A program made the translations under genes and the position numbers. From Lama guanicoe (taxonomy: Eukaryota): a DNA stretch of 64,000 nucleotides. The stretch is taken from positions 4,641,902-4,705,901 of the forward strand of contig MU053652.1 of assembly GCA_013239625.1 (NCBI GenBank). Reading direction: 5' to 3'. Within the stretch, counting starts at the first letter, position 1, and every line of letters starts with the position of its first letter. The notes under the pieces are model-generated. The model saw only the letters and a list, made by a program, of their open reading frames with translations, ran no database searches and was not told the DNA's origin. Positions 1 through 22,475 of the stretch are shown here, one piece after another.

Positions 1-330
<330 letters not shown>

Positions 331-623
331 GAAGGACAGGTCCCACCATCCAAGTCCTCTTACCCCCGCAACCTCTAACTTCCTGAAACCGGGCTCAGAT
401 GCCACGTACCCTGCTTTGGTTGGGGGATGCAAATGGGCACTGTGCAAAGGGTTCAGTGCTTCGCTGCATTTGGGAGCAGGTCGGAAAAAACGATCCCTAA
501 AATCTTAGCCCTGGATCTGACGTCAGCTACACACCAGATAACACCTGGTCCAAGTGGCTCCAACTCCTGGGATTCAAAATGTGCCTGTTGGAGTCCATGT
601 CCAACTTTGCTTACTCCTCCTAG

Positions 624-704
624 CCGTTTCCTCCTAGAACTATCCATCTTCAGAGTCTCAGTGGCAGGTGTAGGTGTCCAGATGGACTGCCTCCTCAGAG
701 CCGG
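624..704 (+). CDS. IMPDH1: IMPDH1 alternative cassette exon, 81 nt, frame-preserving
   Basis: tag|C...GG|gtgagg; encodes (S)RFLLELSIFRVSVAGVGVQMDCLLRA(G), resembling the AGVGVQMD segment of long human IMPDH1 isoforms. Confidence 0.55.
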
Positions 705-3700
705 GTGAGGACACCATCCCCTCCTCACCAGTCACTGAAGTCTGATGAGGCTGCCAGTGCAGTTCACCCTAGGGTCTCTCCTAAGATTCAGAACCCACTT
801 CTGCCCTTACTCTGCTGGAGTCTGTAAGGGTCACAGGAGGAAGAGTGGGGGTGTTGAGCTGGGCCCCAGGGGACTGGCTGAAAAGAAGACAGTGGCTAAT
901 CTCTGGATTGTATCGCAGCTTGAAATGCAATCCCACTGTCCTTCCGGTCCAGAGGATTTGGGCTTCTTTTTCTGCCCCATCTGTTGGTGTTCAGCAGCCT
1001 GGAGAGGTGACCTGGAAGCTGGGTTTGGGGTTCGGTGGAGGTGGGGGGGTCTGCCGGAATTAGCTCTGCAGCTCTGCCCAGGGGCTGGCTGCTTATGTAA
1101 GAACTTTTAACGGCTTAAGAGGCTGCTAGGTGAAGCCTGGCCTCTCCTGCCCCCGCAGGCTGTCTCTCTAGAATTGACTTAATTTCAGGCAACTCTATCT
1201 TTCTTCCCACCCAGAAATCCAACTACTGGGGCTCAGGGTAGATAGACGATAGAGAGGCCACAGGAGGTGAGGGAGTGTGCTGGGGCACATAGGGGCTTGA
1301 AGGAGGCAGTGCCTTGGTTGGAGCAGGTATTGCACAAGTACCATTTCAGAGTTCAGATCAGGGCCGGCAGAGGCATCCCTTCTCCAGATTGTACTTCTGC
1401 ACTGAGGGGCTATCTCCACCCTACCAGCCTGTGTAAAACCTGACACCCAGCCAGGTGGTGTAGTGAGATTCAAAACCTGCTGCCTAGACCTCCATCTGCC
1501 CTCACTAGCTTAGAGCTGTGGGAAGAGGACAAGGTATCATGAGAAGTCTGAGTTTGAGGCCAGAGTTATTGCTCTCTGGCCTGAACCTGGGAAAACTATG
1601 TCCCCTATCCCAGCTCAACAATGTCAGGGTTATTACCCACTCCCCGCCAACTCCCCCCTCAAAGGTGTTTTGAAATCTTGTCCCTTCAAATAGCCCAGAC
1701 TAGAAACAGACCTCTGGGCTCCCTGTCGGGACCTTGGTCCCCAGCTAGTCACTGTTTCCCCTCTATCCTGAGGAAGGGGCCTAAAGGGGCTTGGACCTAC
1801 TCTCTCGCCCTGCTGCCCTCACAGCTGCTAGGTGGGGAGCCTCAGGGGACCCACAGCCCTTCCTTGAGCTGAGGAGTCCCTCTGGTTGCCTGGTGTCTCC
1901 TCCCCATGGAGGAAGCAGCTGGGGAAGATCAGGAAAAGGGAGGAGGAAAGCGGGGGTGGGGGGTGGAGGGTGGGGGGTGGATTAACAGTCTCCGGAAAAG
2001 GACAGCCTAACCCAGGGCTGAGCCCAGCAGCTTAGAGTAATGAGGAGCCCTGACATAGGTCAGAGCAGGAGAGGGTGTGGGGCAGCAGGAGAAGGGGAGT
2101 GGTGCTGTGACACCTGTCACCACTGGGAAGAGGACCCTCCACACAACTCAGCCTGGCAGCCTCCTCCCCTGGTTCTGAGTTCTAGGCTGGGGCAGATGTC
2201 ATACTAAGGCCATCTGAGATGGCAGAACTCAGCTGCTGTCCTGGGCCCCAGTCCTGGTGGAACCCTGAAGAGTACTCTAGCCATTCCTGTGACCCAGAGC
2301 ATGTCCATCTGAGCCCCAGAGAAATCCAGGGGCAGCCTGTGCACTGTGCCTGCAACTGCCATTCCATCACCATCCTTCTACGGCCAGAGAGTTGCCCAGG
2401 ACAGCTTTGAATGGCCAGTGCTTTCTCCAGCTGGTTTCACTGCTCTGCATGCAGGTGGCCAGTAAGAGGTCCTAGTGCTGGTCCCCTTAGGGTAACCCCC
2501 TCCCCATATGGCCTAGGCCCTCTGGATGAGTCTGTGAGTGCCCAGGGGACAAGTGCGCCCCAGGCATCCCTGGCAAAGCTAGCCCCAGCCCGCCCTCAGC
2601 AGAGAACCTTGGCAGGCCCGCTCCCTCCTTCCCAACACCAGAGAGCCTCCAGAGGCCCCTATCAGGAGCCTCCTTGGGCTCCCTGGGTGGAGAGGGAAGT
2701 TTGGGGTTCCATGATTTTCTGGTCCCCCACAGTAAGAGGACAGACAATGCTGTGGACTTCTGTGAGTCTCCTGCAGCACTCTCAGCCTCATGGGCCTCAT
2801 TGCCCTGGCTCTGTGGAAAGCGTCCCCTCCCCTCTGCACACAGATGGAACAGTCTGTGTTTTCCTGGCAGGGTCCCGGGGCGTCACTGGGAGAGGCTGGG
2901 CATCCCAGGGAGCCTCCCTTGGGCCTGGCTGCTACCACACTGCTGAGAGGTAAACAAATCCAGCCTCAAGGGCTGGGGAGGGAGGGAGAGCCACAGGCAG
3001 CCACCTTGCCAGGAAGAGGACCTTGTCCCTGGCCCACCTTTCCTTCACCTCACCAAGAAATTAGCTGTAGAGACTATAGGACAGAGGAAGGATACGTGGC
3101 ATCTGGGCAGGGGGGATCTGTTTTCTAGCTTTTGGTCAGGGAATAGCATTTATAGTTCTGGTCACATAAGGGGGAAGAGTCTGCCTGCCCGCTGCCACCC
3201 CATCTACCCCCATGTGAATCAGTTTGCTACCTAAACTTACTACCTTCATGCAGAAATCTGGGTCTTGCTGGGCACTCAGGGCCACCAAATTTCTGCTTTG
3301 AGAAATTCTCAAAACTTCTCTAGTCTCTGTCCTAATTTGTATGTATCCTTACTTGCCTGAGCCAAGCCTGTGACTCTCCCTCACCTTCCCATCACAATAC
3401 CCTCCCTAATAAAACCAAACTTTCCTCTCTGAGGTTAAAACCCCTGGTATCCACACCACTTTCTGAGCTGTGGATAGGGCAGGATGTCAGTCTGAAGCAC
3501 TGGACCAGGACTCAGAGGCAGTACCTGTCCCCACTCCCTCCTGAACTGTAGGTTTTGCATCTGCAAAGTGATGATACCTAATAATTGGCAATTAATGAAT
3601 TGTACAGTAAATGTGATCACTTATGAAAAGTGCCTTGTAAATTGCAGAGGGCTCCAAGGCCACGCAAAGGTCAGGAAGTGTCATTGTTAAGAATGCCTAC

Positions 3701-3899
3701 CCCCTAGGAATGATACCTGGTTGTGGGGAGCAGGGAGGTGGGTGCACTGCCCTGAGGATGCAACTTCAGACTCGTGTATGTTAGGAAGCTGTGAGCCCAA
3801 GCCAGTTCCTCAGGGCTCTGGGCTCTGATTAGAGTCTGGGCCTTAGTCTTGTGTAAGGCAAAGGATGTTAGAGGACCCCTGGGGCCAGGGAGTAGAGCC

Positions 3900-14896
<10,997 letters not shown>

Positions 14897-14918
<22 letters not shown>

Positions 14919-14997
14919 GGATGGTGGTGGAGGCCAAGGCGGTGGAGGGGGCGTGTCCCAGGGTCCCCCCTTGGGCACAGACTCCCTCCATAACTGA
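14897..14997 (+). CDS. IMPDH1: IMPDH1 last exon read in two frames: canonical YEKRLY* (stop ends 14918) or, with 13b, TRSGCTEDGGGGQGGGGGVSQGPPLGTDSLHN* (stop ends 14997)
   Basis: Acceptor ccacag|T at 14896/14897; both frames open to their stops; 13b isoform = 546 aa, with exon A = 603 aa. Confidence 0.93.
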
Positions 14998-15593
14998 ATG
15001 GTCCACAGATTTGCACTACTGGATCCCCAGCTCCTTTCCAGGGAGAGAGGAGGGGGCGCCCTGAGGGTCTGCGACCCCTCCCTGGGCCTCCCCCGCAGTC
15101 AGGACTGCTCCCAGGCTGGGCTGCCCTGGGAGCCCACCAGGTTCCCCTTTCTTCAGTCCCCCTGAGCCCAGCCAGCCTGGGCTCTCAGGCCCTGCGCCTG
15201 CCTCAGGTCTTTCTCGCTGCAGCCTGCTCCGGCCCGGCTCCCACTCCTGGGGCAGGTGGCCCCTCCCGGCTTCTCCTGTAGGGCACCTCCTTCCCTACCC
15301 CCCACCCTGGAAATGGTGCTCTCCTGGCCCCTTCCTGGGCTGCTATCCTCTCAGCCATGTGGCACTTCTGGGCTCCTGACTTAGGCCAGAGGGAGGTCTC
15401 TGCCCCCTTCCCCTGGCCCTGCTCCTCAGGCCACTCCCCCATCCCCAGCCCTGGGGAAGAGGCGGCCCATCATTCCTGACTCACCCCCCACCCTATGTGT
15501 ACCTTTCCTGCCCTCTCCTCTCAGCTGCGGTCGAAGGCTTTAACTTTGCACACTTTGGGGTCACAGTTGCGTCATTGTATGTTAAATAATCTG

Positions 15594-15599
15594 AGTAAA
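15594..15599 (+). terminator. IMPDH1: Probable IMPDH1 polyadenylation signal (variant AGTAAA)
   Basis: Best poly(A)-signal-like hexamer in an AU-rich patch at the end of the GC-rich 3'UTR. Confidence 0.5.
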
Positions 15600-15695
15600 T
15601 CAAGAGGTTTCAATGCCTCTGCCATCCTGTCTCTGTCCCTTGTCCACTGGGCAGCTGGCCCCTATCCTGGAGGTGAGCTGGAGCCCAGAGCCCCA

Positions 15696-16060
15696 TCAGA
15701 GCCGGGCCAGAGGGACCGCGAGACCCAGCCTCCGCAGGAAGGTGGTGAGGGTGTGGCGGTACTCCAGGGGGTGCTGGCGCAGGTGGGCTGCGTGGCGTGA
15801 GGTCTCCCAGGCCTGTGCCCACACCGGCATGCCCAGCCGCTGCCAGCTGGCCAGCAGCTCGTGCAGGCGGGCACTATCGCAGAGGGGGTCATCGTGGCTG
15901 TAGAAGACTAGCGTCGGGGGCCTCACAGGCGGCTGCCAGAAAGCGCCCACTGCAGCCTCATAATGCCGAACAGTGCAGCCCGGGCACATGTGGAAGTAGA
16001 GCATGGCTGTGGCCTTGACCACCGGGCCCAGGGCCTGCGGTCTTATCAGTTGAGACACAC
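15696..16060 (-). CDS. TMEM53-like gene, last coding exon
   Basis: VSQLIRPQALG...PTLVFYSHDDPLCD...AWETSRHAAHLRQHPLEYRHTLTTFLRRLGLAVPLARL*. Confidence 0.85.
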
Positions 16061-18304
16061 CTGTGGGTACCAGGCAGAGGGGGTTAGTTCCCATTGTCAG
16101 GTGCAGCTCAGGACCCACCACCCAGTCTCAACACCCTCCTGGTGGGGATAGCAGTGACACGTGGGCCGCTGAGTATCCCTAGAGTTGGGGGTCCTGGGAC
16201 ATTCATATTGCCTTCTCTGTCTCTGTTGTAGTTGGGCAGTGGGCACCCAGCTGTCCTACCAGGTACAGACACCACTTGGGGCAGAAGCACGGGAGATGGC
16301 CTGGGAGTGCTCTGGTGGCAGGAAGGCACAGAGGATGCAGAAGGCCCTCGTTGCGGGTAGTGAAGAGCTGGAAACATCCCCACAACTGCCTGAGAGGGGC
16401 TGCCTCAGCCCACTCTTGGCATCCCCTTCCGGTCCCTGCCCTCTCCCACACCCTTCCTAAAAGAGCCACCTGGCCTGGAGTTAGCCTCCCACTGAGACAT
16501 TTGCCAACTTTGTGGCATCTTCAAAGACGAGAAGGAAAGAGCTGGATGGCAGGACTTTGGGTTGGGGTCAAAGCTGGTTCGACAACTGCTCCAGGAATTG
16601 TTGCAAAATGACTGGGTCGTTGAGAGTCACTGGAGGCCTTGAGTCCTGGAATCTGCGGCCTTGGTGAGACCCTCGGAGTCCCAGGTGACCCATCTGGGTG
16701 GGAGAAGGATGCCAAGGGATAGTAAAAGATGAGAGGAGATGGACCAAAATGAGGCCATGTTTCATGGTTTGTCTTACACCTTGGTTTACAAAAACCATAC
16801 AGGGTGCAGCCTGTCGAGCAGTTGAGATGGAAAAGATCTAAGGGTTTTTGGAGAAATGTCAAGTTGGTCTGCATCAAGGGGAAATTTTCCTTCTGAACTA
16901 GACCTAATTGGTCAATTAGAATGGGTTACTTTATAACAGTGACCTTCCTGTTACTTGAGGTATGTTAGCATTAGTTTGGTCCTTATAGAGGAAGTTACAT
17001 CACAGTGGTCCTCAAATTCCAGTGTCTATCAGAATCACGTAGAGAGCTAAAAAATGAACACAGGGGCCCAGGTTCACTGGAGTAGGATGAGGTCTGGGCC
17101 TCTGAATCAGCACGCAGCACCAAGTGATTCTGACGCACACCCAAGTTTGAGAATCAGTGCTTTAGAGGAAAATCGTGTAGCCAATCACAGTTGACCCTTG
17201 AACAATGTGGGGGTTAGGGGCACTGACCCTCTGTGCAATCAGAGATCACATATAACTTTACAGTCAGCCCTCCATATCTGCAGTTCTGCATCTGTGGGTT
17301 CAACCAACCGTGGATTGTGCAATGCTGTAGTACATATTTATTGGGGAAAAAACCCTGCTTAAGTGGACCGACGCAGTTCAAACCTGTGTTCAAAGGTGAA
17401 CAGTACATTATTTCTGAGACTCTTTCCCAAGCATGTGTCCTAAGAATTTCAGAAGACGCAGCACCTACCCCATGGCCTCACTGTGGGGACTATGTGAGAG
17501 TCTGTATGGAAGGTTCTAAGCGCTCAGTAAATTAGCCTTATTTTGCCTATTTGTCCTCCCCGTCCCTAGAAGAATAGAGGCTGGAGATGAACGCATGCCA
17601 GGCTGGTCCCAGACAACACGCTCACTCTGGGTTATAAATTCAGCTGCAGTGGGGGAGGCCCGGGGGGGACAACACGACAGGAAGGCAGGAAGGCCACGCC
17701 AGGTGGACATTCAGAGGCAGCCCAGAGCCACTTTTGGAACAGATGCAGATCACAGACCCCTTGGTCAGCAGTACTGCGTGGCCACCTGGAGTCTAGCCTG
17801 GTTTGTGTGGCTCCGGTGCCCCCTCACCCTTGCCCCGGCACACTCACCCAGTGCCATGTGGTCCAGGCTGCCCACCACCAGGCTGTCGAAAATATGACCC
17901 CTCAGGCGCTGGGCCACACTGCTGTGGCGCCCCCGGTCCTGGCCCATGAGCAGGAGCATCTGTGCAAAGGTGTAGCCACCCAGAGAGAGCGCGTGCACCA
18001 CCAGCGGGCGGCTGGCCAGGGCCCCGGGCCCCCGCAGCAACGCCAGCACGCGGGCAGCCCGCCCCAGGCCCCGGCGCGGGCACAGGAAGTGGCTCAGCGC
18101 GCTCTCCACGGCCAGCACGTCAAAACCGCAGGCCAGGTAGAGCTGCAGATACTTGGCCTGGGCGGCTGGCTGTGCCCCCAGCCACGGCAGGAGCAGGAGC
18201 AGCGGGCGGGGCCCGGGGGACCCTGGGGGGCCCGGCTTGCAGTACAGGTGAATGGAGCGGGAGAGCCGGGTCACCGTCACGTCGGCAGGTAGCAGCGGGG
18301 CCAT
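15696..18304 (-). CDS. TMEM53-like (DUF829) alpha/beta-hydrolase, spliced CDS 18304-17848 + 16060-15696 (822 nt, 273 aa), C-terminal -ARL
   Basis: gtcATGG Kozak; donor G|gtgagt and acceptor cccacag|GT in matching phase 1; motifs PLLLLLPWLG, HALSLGG, GHIFDS, FYSHDDPL, SRHAAH. Confidence 0.85.
17003..17159. mobile_element. MER5-like hAT-Charlie MITE
   Basis: Terminal inverted repeats cagtggtcctcaaa ... tttgagaatcagtg; internal atcagaatcac. Confidence 0.6.
17188..17403. mobile_element. Tigger2/MER8-like MITE (TcMar-Tigger)
   Basis: TIRs cagttgacccttgaaca ... tgttcaaaggtgaacag followed by TA. Confidence 0.7.
17848..18304 (-). CDS. TMEM53-like gene, first coding exon (acceptor at 18316)
   Basis: MAPLLPADVTVTRLSRSIHLY...PLLLLLPWLGAQPAAQAKYLQLY...LVVHALSLGGYTF...GHIFDSLVVGSLDHMAL(G); tctgtcctccag acceptor 12 nt upstream of the ATG. 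Confidence 0.85.
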
Positions 18305-18949
18305 GACTGGTGCACCCTGGAGGACAGACCGAGCAGAGGTGGTGGGTGGCCCCCCCGGCTCTGGCTCCACATTCCCCCACACGTCCGCTTTCAGACGGCA
18401 CAACTGGGTAGCTCAGGAGGGGCCGGATTAGCCCTTTAAGCTTCTGTGAATCTAAGGCCAATCAGGAGCTGGACAGCCAGCCTGGAGAGGAGGGGTCAGA
18501 CCCCAGCTGCGGGCTACTCAGCTGCCCTCCATCTCTCCCTCCACCCCTTCTTCTCACATCCGGAAATGGGGTCTGGAGAGGAAGAGGGACCAGCCATGGA
18601 GGGTGGGGAGAGGCATCTCCTCCCTCCACACTTGTGAAGAGCCTTTTTGCTCCTTCAGGATCCCTCCTGGCTTGTAGGGCCAGACCCCAACCCCAGCCTC
18701 TCTGGGACCCCCTCTGCTTGCTTTACCCACAGGCCCCCTTAATAGGGGTAGGGGACCAATTCTATCCACTTCAGTGCACCCCCAGCAGCCCTTCTACCTC
18801 CAGCTGAGGAGTGTTTGGAGTCAGGGCATCTGGTCAGAGCACTAGCCAGGGTCAAAGCACGCAGCCCCCGGAAACCTCTCCCAGCCCCACCACCCGCTCC
18901 TGACACCTACTGTCCTCAGGGGACAGAGCCTGTAAACTGCCGGACTCAC

Positions 18950-19070
18950 CTCCACCAGCCTTCTCTGTTACCTCTCTTGCAGCTGAGCTCAGGAAGATGG
19001 GCGGGTCAGGGACCTGGGAGACCTTCGTCCCTAGCCTCCTGCTCCACCCTCTCTTAAACCCATTGGCCAT
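18950..19070 (-). promoter_or_regulatory. Candidate non-coding first exon and core promoter of the TMEM53-like gene
   Basis: Consensus donor GAG|gtgagt at 18950; CCAAT (19062-19066) and TTTAAG (19053-19058) upstream on the - strand; the in-phase frame has a stop, so the exon would be 5'UTR. Confidence 0.4.
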
Positions 19071-21039
19071 ATTAGCTTCTGGGCTGGGAGCCAGGGTGTC
19101 TGGTTCCCAAGTCAGCTACATCCCCAGCCCAGCTAAAGTCGGGAAGGAGGCATGTGGGTTGCGAGGTGCAGTATTACCCTGGGACGCGTAGAGACTAGCC
19201 TTCCCCCATCTCCGTGTGCCTCAGTTTCTCTACTTGTGATCCACCAGGGAAAGAGGAGCACCCCCAGGCACCACAACAGCTTCCTGTCTTTTGACCCCAC
19301 ACATCAGCTGCTCCACCTCACCCTTCACCTTCAGGGCAGGCTGACCTCAGGATGGCCACACACAGGGGCTGCCTCAGGCAGGAATCCAACTCAGGAGACC
19401 AGGTCTCATAGCTGAGGGCTTTCTGCTTCTCCTTCTTCCGCCCCTGAGAGGTTCCCTTTGAGGCAGGATGATCTGAGGGCTCCAAGAGGTTTGTCTGACA
19501 TGCTGTCAAGGTAGGGAGAGGGGTTCTCCCCAGAGAAGAAAAGAGAAGTCGGGACTAGGGCATTAGGGGCTGAGCGGCTGAGAAGGAGGAGGGAGCCAGG
19601 AGGGGATGTTGCGTAAGGACCTGGCTGTGACCCCATACGTCACTCTTCCACCCCCCAGTTTTAACCTTTCCCTCCCCACTGCTTCCTCTCGGTGGAAAGC
19701 GGACTACTGGGAAACAAAACGTGTGTCCTCAGGAAATCAATTAAGGGGAGGGACTTCCTTCAGACCACACGCTACCAGGAGTCTTGCTCCTTGGTCCTCT
19801 CTGTCCTTCTGTGTGGGAAGAATGTTGCTCCCACCCCTCCCTGGGGTTCACAGTGCTTCTAACTACTTTCTATGTCCCTGTCTCTGCGAAAAATCTAGGG
19901 ACACAGATGAGGGAGGGGCCTTTTATGGTGGAGATGTGGGGGTCTGGAGAGGGGGTGGAGGGTGGATAAGAGGGGCGGGGTAGAGGGTGTTCTCTGACAC
20001 AGGATGCTGCACTCCCAGGTCTGGATGCTTTAGGAGCAGTGTGACACTGTATCCAGAAGGTGGCGCCAGAACCCATCGACCTGTGGGACCCCAGGGAACA
20101 AGACTGGGGCAGTTTCCTAGGCAACAGGCAGCCTTTCTGAAAGCCCTGCCCTTGGCAACCATTCCGTGGTTGCCCAAGCCTGTAGTAAAATTTGGTTTCT
20201 GAAGGACAGTAGGGGCATGGGGGTAAAATAATCTAATCTCTCAGAAAGGAGCGAGGCTGCTGAGGGTGGGGAGGGGAGTCTGAAAGACCCGCTCACTGTT
20301 GTCATGTATTACTAAGCACTCATTACACCACTGTGGTAGGTGTCTTACCCTCAGCAACACTATGACTCAGTCACACATATTCCTTTGTTGTGGATGGGGA
20401 GAATGAGGCTCAGAGAGACGAAGTGACTTGCCAGAGTCACCAGCTGATACCAGGTGGACCCATTTAGGAAGCTGGGCCTGCCTGGATGTTCCTCTCCATT
20501 CCACTACACCTCCTGGTGGGTCTGAGGTGTCCAAGCCCCCAAAGGAAGCTGGTGTGAGGCGGGTTCTGGAGGCCAGGCCTGTTGGGAGACCAGGAGAGCA
20601 GTGGTGTTGATGAATTCTTCCCTTTCAGCCCAGCTGTCCTTGCCTGACCTGGGTGAGGCGCCTCTCTACTCAGGGCTCCCCTCACCTTGCAGGGGGCTCC
20701 CCTCTGTCAGAGGACCACAGGGTTGGAGGGAGGGGATTTAGGGATTCTGGAGATTATGTGAACCCCCGAGAGAAACCAAGGACAGGAGAGCTCTCCAAGC
20801 AGGGCACAAAGCTGGAGCCCAGGACTATTCTGGGGAGAAGAGGCAGGAAAGGATTCTATTTCAGCAGTTGTGCAGAGGAGAAAACTGGCTTCAACTGGGT
20901 CAAGACAGAGATTTGGAGGATTCAGATTCAGTTCAGTGAGGTAATCTACTCACTCCCCTGTGATCTTATCTCTGCCTACTCCGCATCTCCACCAGGATAT
21001 TAAATAGGATCTTATACTGAACGTAACCAATACCAAACT

Positions 21040-21318
21040 TTTTTTTTAAATTTATCTTTTTAAAAATTTCTTTTCTTTCTTTTTCCTAAATGGAAGTAAC
21101 AGGACCTCATGCATGCTAGGCATGCCCTGTACCACTGAGATATACCTACCCCCTGCCCTGATTTTTTAAAATTCTTTTTTGTTTTTTTGAGGGAGGGGAG
21201 GTAATTAGGTAGGTAGGTTTATTTGTTTGTTTGTTTGTTTATGATGGGGGTACTGGGGACTGAGCCCAGGACCTCGTGCGTGCTAGCACACACTCTGCTA
21301 CTGAGCTATACCCTCCCC
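21040..21318 (-). mobile_element. Two tandem tRNA-derived camelid (vic-1-like) SINEs
   Basis: Reverse complements of the gggaggg-tatagctcag-...-gtcctggg head, each with a T-rich tail. Confidence 0.75.
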
Positions 21319-21342
21319 ACCAACAACCAACTTCTGACTCCT

Positions 21343-21713
21343 TGTATTAGTCTGGGTTCTCCAGAGAAACAAAACCAGTAGGATTTCTTTCTTTATTTCT
21401 TACTTACTTATGCCTGAGAACCAGGAGAGCCAACCAATCTGAGTCCAAGTCCTAAAGCAGAAGACCTAAGTTCTAGCTCAATGACTTAGGCAGAGAGAGC
21501 AAATTCTCTTGCACAGCTTTTTTTGTTCTATTCAGGCCTTCACCAATTGGATGAGGCCCACCCACGTTGGGGAGGGCAAAACACTTTACCCAGTCTTGCA
21601 GATTCAAATGTTAATCTCATCCAGAAACACCCTTACAAACAACCAGAATGTTTGACCAAGTATCTGGGTGTCCCATGGCCCACTCAGGCTGACATGTAAA
21701 ATGAACCTTTACA
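21343..21713. mobile_element. MLT2-like ERVL solo LTR
   Basis: TG...CA ends; tgtattagtctgggttctccagagaaac start; gatgaggcccaccca and ttaatctcatccagaaacacc motifs. Confidence 0.7.
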
Positions 21714-22475
21714 CTCTCTCACCATCCTCCCGGACCCGGTCCTCCTTAAATCTACCCTATCTAGAAAAATAGCAATTCCATTCTTTAGTTACTCAGATAA
21801 ACTAACAACCAACAACAACAGCAAAACCCTTGGAGCCCCCCCCCCTTGACTCTTCATTCTCTCACACTCCATGTGTAATCCATGGAGGTTCTCACTGCCT
21901 TCATAATATATCATCAATCTGACCGCTTCCTCCAGTCTCTTTCATAGCAGCGCTGGCCCAGGCCACCGTCACTTCTTGCCTGGGCTCCTGCAGTGAGCTT
22001 CCGTTCTCCCAGTCCCCAACGTTGTCTCCCTACAGAGTCTCCTCTACACAGCAGCCAGGGTGATTCTACTAAAATGTCAGCCAGAGCATATCATGCTTCT
22101 GTTCAAAGCCCTCCAGTGGCTTCCCTGGGGTCAAAGTAAAATCCAGTCTTCACTGTGGCCTGCAAGGCTCTGTGTGATCCAGCCCATTGTGTCAGACCTT
22201 GTTTTCTACCCTTTGCCCCTCATCCACCTTGTTCCCATCGTACTGGTCATGCTGTCCTCGAATGTTCCCTCCAGGCCAGAACCCTCACTTCCCCAAAAAT
22301 CCACGTGTCTCACTCCCTCGCTTCCCCCAGGTCTCGGCTACAGCAGCAGCTTGAGACAGAGCTTCCCAGACCCCCTGCACAAAGTAGCAAACCACTCCCC
22401 TCCCCCCTTCCTGGCATGCCTGTCTTCCTGCTTTGTTGTTTTTTGTAACGCATCACAAACATCCTGTTTGTTTAT

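Noticed and set aside
18305..18403. N-terminal extension of ORF 17765..18403 (MCRLKAD...)
   Set aside because: Starts at a non-ATG codon and crosses a splice acceptor at 18316; the Kozak ATG at 18304 is the better start
18849..18861. DR1-like GGGTCA-A-AGCACG (HNF4/PPAR-type) site in the hydrolase gene
   Set aside because: The second half-site is poor and such matches arise by chance; needs ChIP evidence
18852..19070. 72-aa - strand ORF as a coding first exon of the hydrolase gene
   Set aside because: Its phase at the 18950 donor is out of frame with the downstream CDS
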